A stretch of 63,417 nucleotides of DNA, filler included, from a bacterium (GCA_046331705.1; 9 parts of 9 records of this genome joined end to end with filler, not necessarily neighbours in it); one strand, 5' to 3'. Shown: positions 49,828 to 60,670, numbered from the whole stretch's first letter. Program-made: numbers and translations. The notes: generated by a model not told the origin, from the sequence alone.

Positions 49828-51189
49828 TGTAGGGAGCACATGATCTGTCCGCTCCGAAGAGCAAGTGAAGTGTCCGCTTTCGGCGTTCGGGAGGTAGAGG
49901 GCGGTCCCCAAGGGGGATGCTGCCGATGCTCTACGGTCCGACCGCGCTGGAGCGGGCGATGCGGATTCGTGAGGTGATGCTTCGAGCGATGAGCGGGGAG
50001 ATCAATTGGATCCAGGCGAGCGACATCCTGGGCATGGATCCACGGTCTCTGCGTCGGTGGAAGGCGCGCTTCGAGAGCCACGGTTACGACGGCTTGCTCG
50101 ACCGTCGCCGAGGTCGGCCCTCGGGCCGCCGCACACCCGCGGCGGAGCTCGAGCGCGTGCTGCGGCTGTACCGCGACACCTACACCGGCTTCAACGTCCG
50201 CCACTTTCACCAGATCGCGCAGCGAGAGCATGCGGTGACGCTTTCGTACACGACGGTGAAGACGGCGCTGCAGGCGGCTGGCCTGGTACGCCGACGGCGG
50301 TCGCGGGGGCGGCACCGTCGTCGCCGCGAGCCGAAGGCCTGCCGGGGCGAGATGCTGCACCTCGACGGCAGCCCCCACGCATGGCTGGCGCTGTGCCCCG
50401 ACGAGAAGCAGACCCTGATCGCCCTGGTCGACGATGCCACCAGCGAGCTGCTCTACGGTCGGATCGAGGAAAGCGAGAGCACGGACACGGTCATGGCGGG
50501 GTTAAAGGCGGTGTTTGAGCAAGAGGGTCTGCCGATGACGCTCTATACGGATCGCGCGAGCTGGGCGGCGATCACGCGTCGTGCCGGCGAGGCGCCCGAT
50601 CCGACGATGCGGACGCAGGTCGGCCGCGCGTTGGATCGCTTGGGGATCGAGCACATCCGGGCGCGCTCTCCCCAGGCGCGAGGCCGAAGTGAACGGGCGA
50701 ACCGGACGTTGCAGGACCGCCTGGTCAACGAGCTACGGGTGGCCGGGATCCGCACCGTGGTCGACGCCAACCGCTACCTCGAGGAGCGGTTTCGTCCGGA
50801 GTACAACCGATTGTTTGCGCGCCCGGCTCGGGACCCCGCGTCGGCCTTCGTGGGGCTGGGGGGCGTGGACCTGAATCAGGTGCTGTGTCACGAACACGAA
50901 CGGGTCGTGGGCAAGGACAACACCGTGGTCCTGGAGAAGGTGCGGCTGCAGATCGCCAAGCAGCGCGGGCGTCGCAGCTGCGAAGGGATGCGGGTCCTCG
51001 TGCGGCGGCACTTGGACGCCAGTCACACGGTGTGGCGAGCCGAGCAATGCCTCGGACGGTTCGACCGTGACGGCAACCCTCTACCCCTGCTTCGCGCACC
51101 GACCCCCTCGGGGGTCGGTGAGGCCGCCTGAGATCTGACCGGACAGATCACTTGTCAAAACCACCGGACACTTTCACTTGCTAACAACA
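49828..51189 (+). mobile_element. IS1202/ISNCY-like insertion sequence, apparently complete
   Basis: Ends TGT...ACA with tandem subterminal motifs (AGCACATGATCTGTCCG, AGCAAGTGAAGTGTCCG) mirrored at the right end; contig stops at the right end. Confidence 0.85.
49917..51131 (+). CDS. DDE transposase (ISNCY/IS1202-like)
   Basis: N-terminal HTH, GEMLHLDGSPHAW, LVDDATS, LYTDR, SPQARGRSERANRTLQDRL. Confidence 0.93.
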   Translation: MLPMLYGPTALERAMRIREVMLRAMSGEINWIQASDILGMDPRSLRRWKARFESHGYDGLLDRRRGRPSGRRTPAAELERVLRLYRDTYTGFNVRHFHQIAQREHAVTLSYTTVKTALQAAGLVRRRRSRGRHRRRREPKACRGEMLHLDGSPHAWLALCPDEKQTLIALVDDATSELLYGRIEESESTDTVMAGLKAVFEQEGLPMTLYTDRASWAAITRRAGEAPDPTMRTQVGRALDRLGIEHIRARSPQARGRSERANRTLQDRLVNELRVAGIRTVVDANRYLEERFRPEYNRLFARPARDPASAFVGLGGVDLNQVLCHEHERVVGKDNTVVLEKVRLQIAKQRGRRSCEGMRVLVRRHLDASHTVWRAEQCLGRFDRDGNPLPLLRAPTPSGVGEAA

Positions 51190-51289
51190 NNNNNNNNNNN
51201 NNNNNNNNNNNNNNNNNNNNNNNNNNNNNNNNNTTAATTAATTAANNNNNNNNNNNNNNNNNNNNNNNNNNNNNNNNNNNNNNNNNNNN

Positions 51290-52240
51290 GGCGCCATTCG
51301 CCGGGCGCCAGTTGGGATCCTTCGACAGCGTCCCCATCACCAGCCGCTCGAGCTCGCGACTCACGTCGAGGTCGGGCTTCACGGCGCGCATCGGCCGCGG
51401 CCGCTCCTCGATGTGCTTCATCAGCAGCGGGATGACCGAGTCCGACGTGGTGTCGAACGGCCGGTGACCGGTCAGCGCCTCGTACATCACGACGCCGAGC
51501 GAGTAGACGTCGCTGCGCGCGTCGAGCGGCTTTCCCTGGCACTGCTCGGGCGACATGTAGTACGGCGTGCCGATGAGCACGCCGGTGCGGGTATTGCTGT
51601 CGTTCGGCGATCCCCGCAGCTTCGCGATCCCGAAATCGAGCACCAGCACCCAGTCGGGAACGCCGTTGCGCTCCGGCTCGACCATGATGTTCTCGGGCTT
51701 GAGATCGCGGTGGACGATGCCCTGCCGGTGCGCGGTCCCGACCACGTCGGCCACCTGCTTCATCACCCGGATGGTGCGCAGCTCGGGCAGCGTTCCTTCC
51801 CGCCGCAGCAGCTCGGAGAGGTTCTGGCCACGCACCAGCTCCATCACCATGAAGAGCGTGCCGTCGGTCATCTGCCCGAAGTCGAGGATCTGGGCGGCGT
51901 GCGGATGGCGGATGTCGCGCGCCTTGGCGACCTCGTCGCGAAACCGCGCGACCGCGTGGGGATCGCGCATGCGATCCGAGTCGAGGATCTTGACGGCCAC
52001 GTGGCGGGAGGTGGCGAGCTCCTCCGCGCGGTACACGACGCTGGTGCCGCCGCGGCCGATCTCGCGCTCCAGCCGGTAGCGCCCGCCCAGCTCGAGCCCC
52101 TCGCGCGGATCCGGCAGCCGCAGCGAGACGCCGCAATGTGGGCAGGTCTCGTCGCCGGGCACGAGCGGCCCGTCGCAGCTCGGGCACGATCGCCCTTCCG
52201 CGTGGATCGCGCGGGCGTCGAGGTGGATCGTGGTGGACAC
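51290..52240 (-). CDS. Hanks-type Ser/Thr protein kinase with N-terminal Zn ribbon, 3'-truncated
   Basis: CPSC..CPHC, IGRGGTSVVY, VAVK, HRDLKPEN, DFGIAK, GTPYYMSPEQ. Confidence 0.95.
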
Positions 52241-52306
52241 GGAATCGGCGGCGAGTCTACTGCGTTTTGCAGCCCGACGACGATCTCGGCCCGCTGGGGC
52301 GCGCGG

Positions 52307-52867
52307 CTACGCGGCGGCGCCGGCGCCGTGGCCGCGGGCCGCGAGCCTCGTCACCAGAAACGCCAAGCTCAGCGCGAAAAGCGCGCCGACGCTCACCAGC
52401 AGCGGCGCGAGCGGGTCTTGCCACAGCGCCGGCGCCGTTCCCTCGCGGAACTGGAGGAAGCTACCCACCCGCATGAGGCGCGCCGCGCCGCCCAGCGAGA
52501 GCGCGGTCTCCGCCACCAGCACCACCACGAAGAGAGCCCACGCCCGCGTGGTGTGCCCCGCCCGCACGTCGCGGTGCGCGAGCGCGTAACCCGCGACGCA
52601 CGCCGCGAGATAGATCCAGGGCACGACCCACTTGAGCCGCTGCGCCTGCTCCGCCGTCATCTGCCACGCGTACATGACACTCCAGTCCGGATAGGCCCAA
52701 AACAGAAAGAGCCCGAGCGGCGCGAAGCACGCCGCCGCGAACCCGAACGCCATGCCGAAGCTCTCGCACAAGAGCCCCGATTGCCGGGCGCGGATGTCGT
52801 GTGCCGCCGCGAGCGCCATTCCCTGACCGATGGCGAAGTTGATGAGCGTGTCGATGGGTACGGTCAC
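52307..52867 (-). CDS. Hypothetical membrane protein
   Basis: GGGGAGG RBS then GTG; about five hydrophobic segments; YPDWSVMY motif. Confidence 0.65.
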   Translation of the reverse strand: MTVPIDTLINFAIGQGMALAAAHDIRARQSGLLCESFGMAFGFAAACFAPLGLFLFWAYPDWSVMYAWQMTAEQAQRLKWVVPWIYLAACVAGYALAHRDVRAGHTTRAWALFVVVLVAETALSLGGAARLMRVGSFLQFREGTAPALWQDPLAPLLVSVGALFALSLAFLVTRLAARGHGAGAAA

Positions 52868-52960
52868 GAGCGCCTCCCCAGTAGCGCACGGCGATGCGAG
52901 ACTCGGGCGATTGCAGCACGCCACCGCGACCCGCGGCAACGGCGTTCGCTCGCCCGTTCG

Positions 52961-53557
52961 ATGACCCCGCTCGAGCTCCGACGCGTGTGTGTCTTCTGCG
53001 GCTCGAGCCGCGGCCGTCCCAGCTCGTTCGCCAGCCAGGCGCGAGCCCTGGGTCACACCCTCGCCGCCGCGGGCCTCGAGCTCGTCTACGGCGGCGGCAA
53101 CGTGGGCCTCATGGGCATCCTCGCCGATGCCGTGCTGGAGCACGGCGGGCGGGCGATCGGCGTGATCCCGCGCTCGCTGGTCGAGCGCGAGGTCGCCCAT
53201 TTCGGCCTGAGCGAGCTACGGGTCGTCGACTCGATGCACGAACGCAAGCAGCTCATGCACGATCTCTCGGATGCGTTCGTGGCGTTGCCGGGCGGCATCG
53301 GCACCTTCGAGGAGCTCTTCGAAACGCTCACCTGGAGCCAGCTCGGGCTGCACGCCAAGCCATGCGGGATCCTGGACGTCGACGGCTATTTCCGGCCGCT
53401 CGTCGAGCTCCTCGACCACGCGGTGGCGAGCGAGCTGCTCGCCGCCGAGCATCGCGACGCGCTGCTGGTGGACACCGACGCCGCCCGACTGATCGCGCGG
53501 CTGCGCACCCATCGCCCGCCGGCGGTGGAGAAATGGCTCGATCGCGACGGGACGTGA
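52961..53557 (+). CDS. LOG-family nucleotide phosphoribohydrolase (TIGR00730-like)
   Basis: VCVFCGSS, LVYGGGNVGLMG, SMHERK, LPGGIGTFEEL. Confidence 0.95.
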   Translation: MTPLELRRVCVFCGSSRGRPSSFASQARALGHTLAAAGLELVYGGGNVGLMGILADAVLEHGGRAIGVIPRSLVEREVAHFGLSELRVVDSMHERKQLMHDLSDAFVALPGGIGTFEELFETLTWSQLGLHAKPCGILDVDGYFRPLVELLDHAVASELLAAEHRDALLVDTDAARLIARLRTHRPPAVEKWLDRDGT

Positions 53558-53573
53558 GGCCCGCGCCGAACCG

Positions 53574-54586
53574 TCAGCCTCGGCGGCGGCGCGGGAGGGC
53601 CAGACCCGCGATCGCGACGAGCCCCACCAGGCTCAGCGCCGCGGACCACCCCACGATCGGCGGGCGAAACTCGAGCCGTACCCGACGCGTCCCCTCGACG
53701 AGCGGCACCGCGCGCAACCCCAGGTCGGCGCGCACCACCGGCGCGGGGCGCCCGTCGCGCGTCGCGCGCCAACCGCTCGCGTAGCTTTCCGCGAGCACCA
53801 GCCACGTGCCGGCGCGCGCGGCACCTTCCGGGATCGCGACCTCGAGCGCGTTCCACCCCTTCTCGCTCACGGCGCATCGTCGCGGCGAGAGCCCCGCCGC
53901 CGCGCCGCCGGCACCAGCGGCGGCGCCGGGCGCGTCGTCGCCTCGAATCACGACCTCGCGCCCGGGATCGAACGTGGGCGCGCCGAGCGCTGCGCGCGCC
54001 GCCGCGGCATCGGGAACCACGCGGGCCACCGGCACGATCCACGCGCGTCCCAGCGGATTCGGCCGCTCGCTCACGCGAGCTCCTCCGGCGGCATCGGTTG
54101 CGCGCGCCACCACGACGTCGATGTCGAGGGCATCCCAGAGCGGCGAATCGAGCGACTCGATGCGGAAGCTGCGCGGGTCGGGCCGCGCTTCGCCCAGCGG
54201 CCGCCCGGTGGCCACCTCCATCAGGTCCGCGAAGCCCGCGGCCATCCAGCGGCTGTTGCCCACCAACGTGCGGAGGCCGCGCGCGCGCGCCGTCGGTCCG
54301 GAGACGGGCGCCGCGCTGTCCTCGCCGTGAGTCGCGAGCGGCACGACCCGCCCCGCCACGTCGAGCCCCGGCGGGCCCGGTTCGCGTTCGGTCAGGCGGT
54401 CCCAGTACACGCGGCGAAAGTCGTAGTGCGAGAGCGCCAGGTCGACGGAGGTCGCCAGCAGCACCAAGCCGAGCGCGCCCCTGCGCAAGCCCCGTCGCTC
54501 GCCGAGCAGCCGCCACGCCGCGAACGACCCGCCCCACGCGAGCAGCACCAGCGCGGCACAAGCCAGACGGCGCGGGGGCACCTGGA
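53574..54586 (-). CDS. YfhO-like membrane protein, 5'-truncated
   Basis: WLVLAESYASGWRATRDG..APVVRAD.GLRAVPL..G...V.LEFRP followed by a TM helix. Confidence 0.75.
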
Positions 54587-54686
54587 NNNNNNNNNNNNNN
54601 NNNNNNNNNNNNNNNNNNNNNNNNNNNNNNTTAATTAATTAANNNNNNNNNNNNNNNNNNNNNNNNNNNNNNNNNNNNNNNNNNNN

Positions 54687-55549
54687 TCCTGCCGCTGGAG
54701 CTCATCGAAGGCGGCCTGCACGCCCACCGCCAGCTCGGCCGTCTGCTGGACGACGCGCGCGTACTCGTCGGCCTCGCTGTGCACGCGGACGGTCTCGAGG
54801 GGGACGAGCTCTACGCTTGCCCCTCCGACGTCGTCGAGCAGGGCGCGGTTCTCGCGGAGGATGCGCTCCACCTTGAGCGTGCGAACCACGTTCTCGCGCG
54901 CTGTCGTCAGACTGGCGACGACGTTCGCGCGTGCAGCGGTATCGACGCATGCGCCTTGCGCGGCGAGCAGGCGATCCTTCACGTCGAGGCTGGTCAGGAG
55001 CTTGTTGAACTGACTCGCGTTCGTGTGGAGGCGGGCGAGCACGTCGAGCCCGCGCTTGCGCCTGCGGCGTGCTCTCACGGCGCGGGCGATTCGGTAGGAC
55101 ACGGCGCCGGCGAACACGAACACTGCGCCGGACAGCGAGAGCGCGCCGCCGTGCGCGGTCACGACGACGTGGAGGAGGACCGCGAAGATCGCGAGGGCAG
55201 CGAGCCCGAAGAGAAGAACGACCCCAACGGCTTCGGCTGCCGCAGCAATGACGGAGCAGATGAGAAGGGTGACGAGCGCCGCGCTTAAGTACCCGGCCTT
55301 AGGAACGAGCACGCCGCAGGTCGCCATGCCGGCGGCCAGGCCTATGGCGAGGGAGATGATTGCGTGGAGCGACCGTCCCCCCCGCGCGTCGAGGAGCTCC
55401 ACGTCGTCGTAGGAGACCGCGCTGAGCTCCCGTACGAAGTGCTCGGGCAACCGCAACGATTCGAGGTCGGAGGTGACCTGAGAAGGTGCTTGCGCGAGCG
55501 CGACACCAGGTGTCGCGGTGATGGTGGTCGCGAGGCTCTGGGCGGTCAT
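54687..55549 (-). CDS. Hypothetical membrane protein with C-terminal coiled coil, 3'-truncated
   Basis: Four hydrophobic segments followed by LTTARENVVRTLKVERILRENR. Confidence 0.6.
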
Positions 55550-55660
55550 TGCTTGTTCAGCCGCACGGAAGAGGTGCCATTCCAGCGGTAGATGTCGACC
55601 TTCTTGTCCATGGCGTATTCACCACCTCGAGAAAGACGCTATCCGACGTCGCGAGTAACC

Positions 55661-56407
55661 CTAACCAGACGCTCGACGTTTGTCGGGATGAGCGTGCTCA
55701 ATCCCCGTCATCACAGCGAGTGCCTCGGTGGCCGCCCCGCGCACACGGTGCTGGTAGAGGTGGCTCACGGGCGTGTCCTCGCGGTTGATCTCGACGGTGA
55801 CCGCGCCCGCGGCCATCGCGATCTTCGGCAATTCGGCGGCCGGATGCACGACACCGGAGGTGCCGATCGTCACGAGGAGATCGCAGCCCGCGAGCGCCTC
55901 GAAGGCGCGGCGGAGGGTGCGCAAATCGAGCCGGTCCTCGAACCACACGATGTCGGGACGGAGGTACGCGCCGCACGAGCACCGGCGCGTCGTGATCGGG
56001 ACTGTCTGGTCCGGGCGGACGGTCTTCTCCGCGTCACACCGCACGCGCCAAAGGGCCCCGTGCAGCTCGATGACCTCCGTGGCGCCGGCGCGCTGGTGGA
56101 GGCCGTCGATGTTCTGCGTGATGATCGTGGTCCTGGGCTTGTTCCTCTGCGTCGAGGCGATGATCGCGTGCGCGAGGTTCGGCTCGCACCCTGCGACGGC
56201 GGCTCGGCGCTTGTCGTGGAAGTCCCAGACCTTCTCCGGATCGCGATCGAACGCCCGCTGGCAGGCGTAGTTCTCGTAGTCGTACTCGGCCCAGACGCCG
56301 CCCGCACCGCGGTACGTCGGGACGCCGCTCTCGGCGGAGAGGCCGGCGCCGGTGAAGAAGACGATGCGCTCGAAGTCATCGAGGCGAACGACGTCCACGA
56401 CGCGCAC
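55661..56407 (-). CDS. cobB: NAD-dependent protein deacylase (sirtuin, CobB-like)
   Basis: FTGAGLSAESGVPTYRG, ITQNIDGLHQRAG, ELHG, LRPDIVWF, IGTSGVVHPAA. Confidence 0.92.
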   Translation of the reverse strand: MRVVDVVRLDDFERIVFFTGAGLSAESGVPTYRGAGGVWAEYDYENYACQRAFDRDPEKVWDFHDKRRAAVAGCEPNLAHAIIASTQRNKPRTTIITQNIDGLHQRAGATEVIELHGALWRVRCDAEKTVRPDQTVPITTRRCSCGAYLRPDIVWFEDRLDLRTLRRAFEALAGCDLLVTIGTSGVVHPAAELPKIAMAAGAVTVEINREDTPVSHLYQHRVRGAATEALAVMTGIEHAHPDKRRASG

Positions 56408-56411
56408 CGCC

Positions 56412-56573
56412 CTACTTCCTCACCCCGACGACTTGTCCGTTCTGGATCCGGATCTTGAAGTTCTTGTGACACTGGTGGCACTGCCCCCAGCCCTCTCCGG
56501 AGCCGCTCCCGATTCCGTGGTTCTGCGGCCCCGTGCTTCCACAGTGCGGGCACACGACGACGACGATGGGCAT
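56412..56573 (-). CDS. 53-aa Zn-ribbon microprotein (below ORF-track cutoff)
   Basis: GGAGG RBS; MPIVVVVCPHCGSTGPQNHGIGSGSGEGWGQCHQCHKNFKIRIQNGQVVGVRK-stop; ends 4 nt before the sirtuin start. Confidence 0.7.
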   Translation of the reverse strand: MPIVVVVCPHCGSTGPQNHGIGSGSGEGWGQCHQCHKNFKIRIQNGQVVGVRK

Positions 56574-57195
56574 CGCTTCCTCCTTCTGGTGGGTTGTCGC
56601 GTTGTCTCGATATCAAGACGGGCGCGAGATACCTGCTCTGGATAACTCGATTTCGGAGCAAACCGAACCAGGTGCCATGACGATTTCGGCGAGCGAGAAT
56701 TCCAGTTGGCTCGGTTCAGATCGCGAGAGATCCGAGATAGGGCTTGGTCACGACAGCGCCGCGAGGACTCGCGTCGGAGGACCCACGTGCACCAACGTTC
56801 CGAATCGATCGAAGAGCTCACGAAGACTGCCGATTTTCTCGTCGCCCATGCGCGCCGTGAGGACGCGATCTCGCTCGTCGCCGCCTCTGTCGCATCAACA
56901 GGCGGTCAACGCGGCGTCCTGCTCCTCGCAAGACTTCAGCTGGAGGCCGGCACGCAGGAAGGCGCGGCCTGCGCCGCTGGTGCGCTGGAGCGCTGGCGCC
57001 GCAGGCATCCCTGGGACCTCGAGGCCATCGTTCTCTTGCGCGACGCCTTGACGGTCCTCGGGCGAGAGCGTGCGGTGTCGAAGCTCGATCGCGACGTGCG
57101 CTGGTCCGCCCTCGGCGGCGCGCCGTTTCCGAGGAGCATGCGCCGCGCCCGGCGCGAGCATCACTGAGCCACGTCCCTACGGGCTGGCGTCGTCG

Positions 57196-58092
57196 ATGGT
57201 CGACGCGCTCTGGAACGCCGTGGCGTTGGTTCAGATCTCGCCGGCTCCGCTGTATCAAGAAACCATGGCGGACTACTGCGGGGAGTATGGCCGAGGCATC
57301 AGGTCACCATTCGACGAGAGGGGGCAGATCCTGGGGGACTTCCTCGAGGACTTCGAGATGCTCGAAGCCGAGCTCGGCCCTTTCATGCTTGCTCGCCTCG
57401 GGACCTGCGAAGGTCACGGCACCGGCGTGCAAGTGAGGTGCGATCCGGAGGGCCGGCTCTGGTTCGAGCACGTCCCACTCGGACGTCGCAAGCGGAAGGG
57501 CACGCCGGAACCCGTCGAGATCCCGCGTACGGATCCCGAGCACCACGTCCTTCCCGTGAAAGGCGCGCTCGAGGCGCTCGTTCTTGGCTTCGTGGAACAC
57601 ATGCTGCCGGCGCTCGCCGAGCTGCCTCGCGAGGACAACTTCTGGAAGCATTACTACACGTCGATTGAGCGCTCCGCGTTCTCCTTGGGACGGTTGCGCG
57701 ACAAGGTCGAATCTCGGGCGAGATCTTCGGGCGTGCCGGTGGTCGAGACCGCGGTTGTCGCGGCTGCTCCGCCGGCGACGGCCGCGGAGTTGGCCGAGGT
57801 ACTCCAGCGCGTCGAGCGTGCCGTCCTCCGGAGGTTCCGAACGCTCGAGCCCACGTCTCTCGCGGAGATCGCGAGCGCGCTCCGCTTCGTCGTTCCAAAG
57901 CTCGAAGCTCTGAAATCCGCGGCCTCGAAGAGGGCCGCGGTGTTCCACGCGGAGGACTACCGGAAGATCAACGCGGAGCGACAAGCCGAGAACGCCGCGA
58001 TTCGCGAGGCGGACGAAGCCTGGCGCCACGAATACCTCGCCGAGCAGCGCGAGAAGCGCCTGGTGGCGCTCGGGCGGAAGCCGAAGCGGTGA
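57196..58092 (+). CDS. Hypothetical protein (start uncertain)
   Basis: Long protein-like ORF; no recognised motif. Confidence 0.5.
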   Translation: MVDALWNAVALVQISPAPLYQETMADYCGEYGRGIRSPFDERGQILGDFLEDFEMLEAELGPFMLARLGTCEGHGTGVQVRCDPEGRLWFEHVPLGRRKRKGTPEPVEIPRTDPEHHVLPVKGALEALVLGFVEHMLPALAELPREDNFWKHYYTSIERSAFSLGRLRDKVESRARSSGVPVVETAVVAAAPPATAAELAEVLQRVERAVLRRFRTLEPTSLAEIASALRFVVPKLEALKSAASKRAAVFHAEDYRKINAERQAENAAIREADEAWRHEYLAEQREKRLVALGRKPKR

Positions 58093-58207
58093 GCGCGTGT
58101 CGAACGAGCAACGCAAGATCGCGCGTGAACGCGATCGCTCATTCGTGCGACGCTCGTGTCACCCCGACGCTCGCACTGCATGCTCATCCTGAAAACGTGA
58201 GGCTACG

Positions 58208-59431
58208 ATGACAGGCTCCGATCCTTCGTTCATCAGCTCGGTTCCACCCACCTTCGACGGCACATTCAGCGAGTTCTACTCCAAACACATCGAACCCAAT
58301 TTGCCATCGCCAAGCTCGGTGCTTGCCATTCACAACCTTCTCGAAGCGTACGTGATGGATCCCCGCAACAACGACTTCATTGCTCGCCACTTCGGCCGTT
58401 TCAAACAGGCAGGGTTCCCGTTCCCCATCGGAGACTCCGTCGAAGAAAAGTATACGCTCTTCTGTGGCGACAACGAGCCAGCACTATGGTTTTACGCCAG
58501 AGCCCGACTCGGCGACTATCCATCGCGCTTGCCGTCCGTTCGGCACGCCATCGACAATCGCTCGTTTCCCGTGAGTATGGTGCCCGACACACGCCGCTCC
58601 GAGAACAAGAACGACTGGAAGAACTGGCGCAAGGAAGACTGGGAGCGCAAAGAGTTCAGCGGGCACGGTTGGTATCATGCCCATCTTTTCGATGCCGCCA
58701 AGTCACTGGACCCTCTTGCCCTTCGTAGAGAAGATCTGGTGATGAGAATGATTCGCTTTCTTCATCCTGCGAACCATTTCCCGATGCCCACCCATACTGG
58801 AAAGAGGCGTCGCTTCGCCTCGACGGCGGCGGGGCCTCGCGACATGTCCGAGGGGATGGGGATCAAGGCGTTCATCCTGAGCAAGTACAAGGAAAGATAC
58901 CGAGAGTGCTTTTCTCGCTTTCTCGAGCTTGCGCGCGGAACCGAGCACGATTTCGGTTCGACGACTGGCGGCGCAGAGTTCGCCTATACGGAAGTCAGGA
59001 GAGCGCCGAATCCATCCGCGTCTGCGATGGGACAGGGAGCGCACGCAGAGTTGAATGACGGTCGTGACGCATCGTCGAGCACGGAGGTCGAGTTCAAGCC
59101 AGAGAGCGGGGATCTCGTCCTTCGTGCGTACGCCGACTCCGGCCAGGGCTACCTGAATGTCTGGAACGAGGGGCGGCTCGAGATCCTCAATACTCACCAG
59201 ACGATTCGAAATGTCATCAGGACGTACAGCGACCGCTCCGCGAGACCTGTGTTCGTCATTAATATGAGCCGACCGGACAAATCGATCGTCTCGTACGGGT
59301 GGCTAGACGAAATCGTTGAATGCGTGCATCCGGATGGCATGACCTTGTTCGACGTCTACTTCAGGGATCTCGTCAGCTGTTCGTTTTGCGGCAGCGCCAA
59401 GCAGCCTCCTGGGTACTATTACGTCGACTAG
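58208..59431 (+). CDS. Hypothetical protein, lower GC, possible HNH-like nuclease
   Basis: 407-aa ORF with visibly more A/T; GWYHAHLFD...RFLHPANHFPMP motif. Confidence 0.6.
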   Translation: MTGSDPSFISSVPPTFDGTFSEFYSKHIEPNLPSPSSVLAIHNLLEAYVMDPRNNDFIARHFGRFKQAGFPFPIGDSVEEKYTLFCGDNEPALWFYARARLGDYPSRLPSVRHAIDNRSFPVSMVPDTRRSENKNDWKNWRKEDWERKEFSGHGWYHAHLFDAAKSLDPLALRREDLVMRMIRFLHPANHFPMPTHTGKRRRFASTAAGPRDMSEGMGIKAFILSKYKERYRECFSRFLELARGTEHDFGSTTGGAEFAYTEVRRAPNPSASAMGQGAHAELNDGRDASSSTEVEFKPESGDLVLRAYADSGQGYLNVWNEGRLEILNTHQTIRNVIRTYSDRSARPVFVINMSRPDKSIVSYGWLDEIVECVHPDGMTLFDVYFRDLVSCSFCGSAKQPPGYYYVD

Positions 59432-59488
59432 GATCTCGGCGCTTCGAGCATGAACACGAGCTCAGGCGGCGCTCAGCCGTGACTGCGT

Positions 59489-60100
59489 TCAGCGGCGCAC
59501 GCGTAGCGGCGCCTCTGCGGCGGCGAGCGCCTTCGCCACCTTGCGAACGTACTCCAGTTGTTCGCGCGCCTCTCGTGGGAGCCGCGGCAGCTTCGTGATG
59601 TCCGACGCGCGATCGATCGGGATGACGTCGAGCCCCTCGTGGCTGACCACGCGCGCCACGTCGTCGCCCGGCATGTCGATCTCGAAGCTGCAGGCCCAGG
59701 CGAGAGAGTCCTGATGCTTCGCCTCGAGCGCTGCGATCGCGCTCGCGTTGACGCGGCGGCGCATCGGGACGCGCACGAGGGCGCGCGCGTCAATCGTCGG
59801 AAACGAATATCCGCGCTCGAAGGAAATGCGGTCGATCCAGAGGCGATGCGCATGAACCTGCGTCAATCGCGCTGGAAAGAGCGCACGGAGCTCCGGTCTC
59901 AGGTTGTTCGGGATGACGACGAGTCGGAGGTGGCGCCGAAGCCGGCGTCGGACCACGTCGCGTGCGTTGGGCACGCGCGGCTTGCCGTGCAAGAGATCGC
60001 GCAGGCGGCGAAGGTGCACGGGGGCCTCTCCGCCGAGGATGCTCTCGAGAACGCCGCCACCGACGGTCACGTAGAAGAGTTGCTCATGGGCGCTGCCCAT
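59489..60100 (-). CDS. Hypothetical protein
   Basis: GGAGG RBS before MGSAHEQLF; no recognised motif. Confidence 0.45.
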   Translation of the reverse strand: MGSAHEQLFYVTVGGGVLESILGGEAPVHLRRLRDLLHGKPRVPNARDVVRRRLRRHLRLVVIPNNLRPELRALFPARLTQVHAHRLWIDRISFERGYSFPTIDARALVRVPMRRRVNASAIAALEAKHQDSLAWACSFEIDMPGDDVARVVSHEGLDVIPIDRASDITKLPRLPREAREQLEYVRKVAKALAAAEAPLRVRR

Positions 60101-60259
60101 TTCCTCCATCTTCTTGGAGCTGTCTCCACGTGATGGAGTCGACGACACGCGCCCAGGATNNNNNNNNNNNNNNNNNNNNNNNNNNNNNNNNNNNNNNNNN
60201 NNNTTAATTAATTAANNNNNNNNNNNNNNNNNNNNNNNNNNNNNNNNNNNNNNNNNNNN

Positions 60260-60670
60260 GACCCAGCCGACGAGTGCGCGCCAGAGGTGCAAGGGCTCGG
60301 CAAGGAGCTGCGGGCGGTCGAAGAGCGTCGCTCCGGTCGTCGTCAGGCACGACAGCATCTCGAAGTAGCCGCCGCCAAGCCCGAGGCCAGGCACCAGCGC
60401 CACGAGCGGCGCCGCCAGCACCAGCGGCAAGAGCAGATAGGCGAGGAGCAGAGTCAGCAGGTGGTAGCGGGCGGGGACGCGCGGGACCCGGTTCATGGTG
60501 GCGAGCCCGAGCATCGTCGCGATGACGGAGAAGAAGATCGCGCCCTCGAGGAACGTGCGTGCGATGCGCCAGTTCTCGAGGCCGGCGGCATGCAGAGCCG
60601 GCAAGAGCATCATGAGCGCGGCAAGCAGCAGCAGGATAACCAGCGCAGGGAACTGGCGCAGCAGGCCCAT
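60260..60670 (-). CDS. trkH: Trk potassium uptake membrane subunit, 3'-truncated
   Basis: YFEMLSCLTTTGAT pore motif, LHLWRALVGW; downstream of trkA. Confidence 0.88.

Noticed and set aside
55661-56407. Sirtuin as a defence NADase (Thoeris/DSR type)
   Set aside because: It has canonical CobB-type deacylase motifs and length, and no TIR, HerA or pAgo partner nearby.
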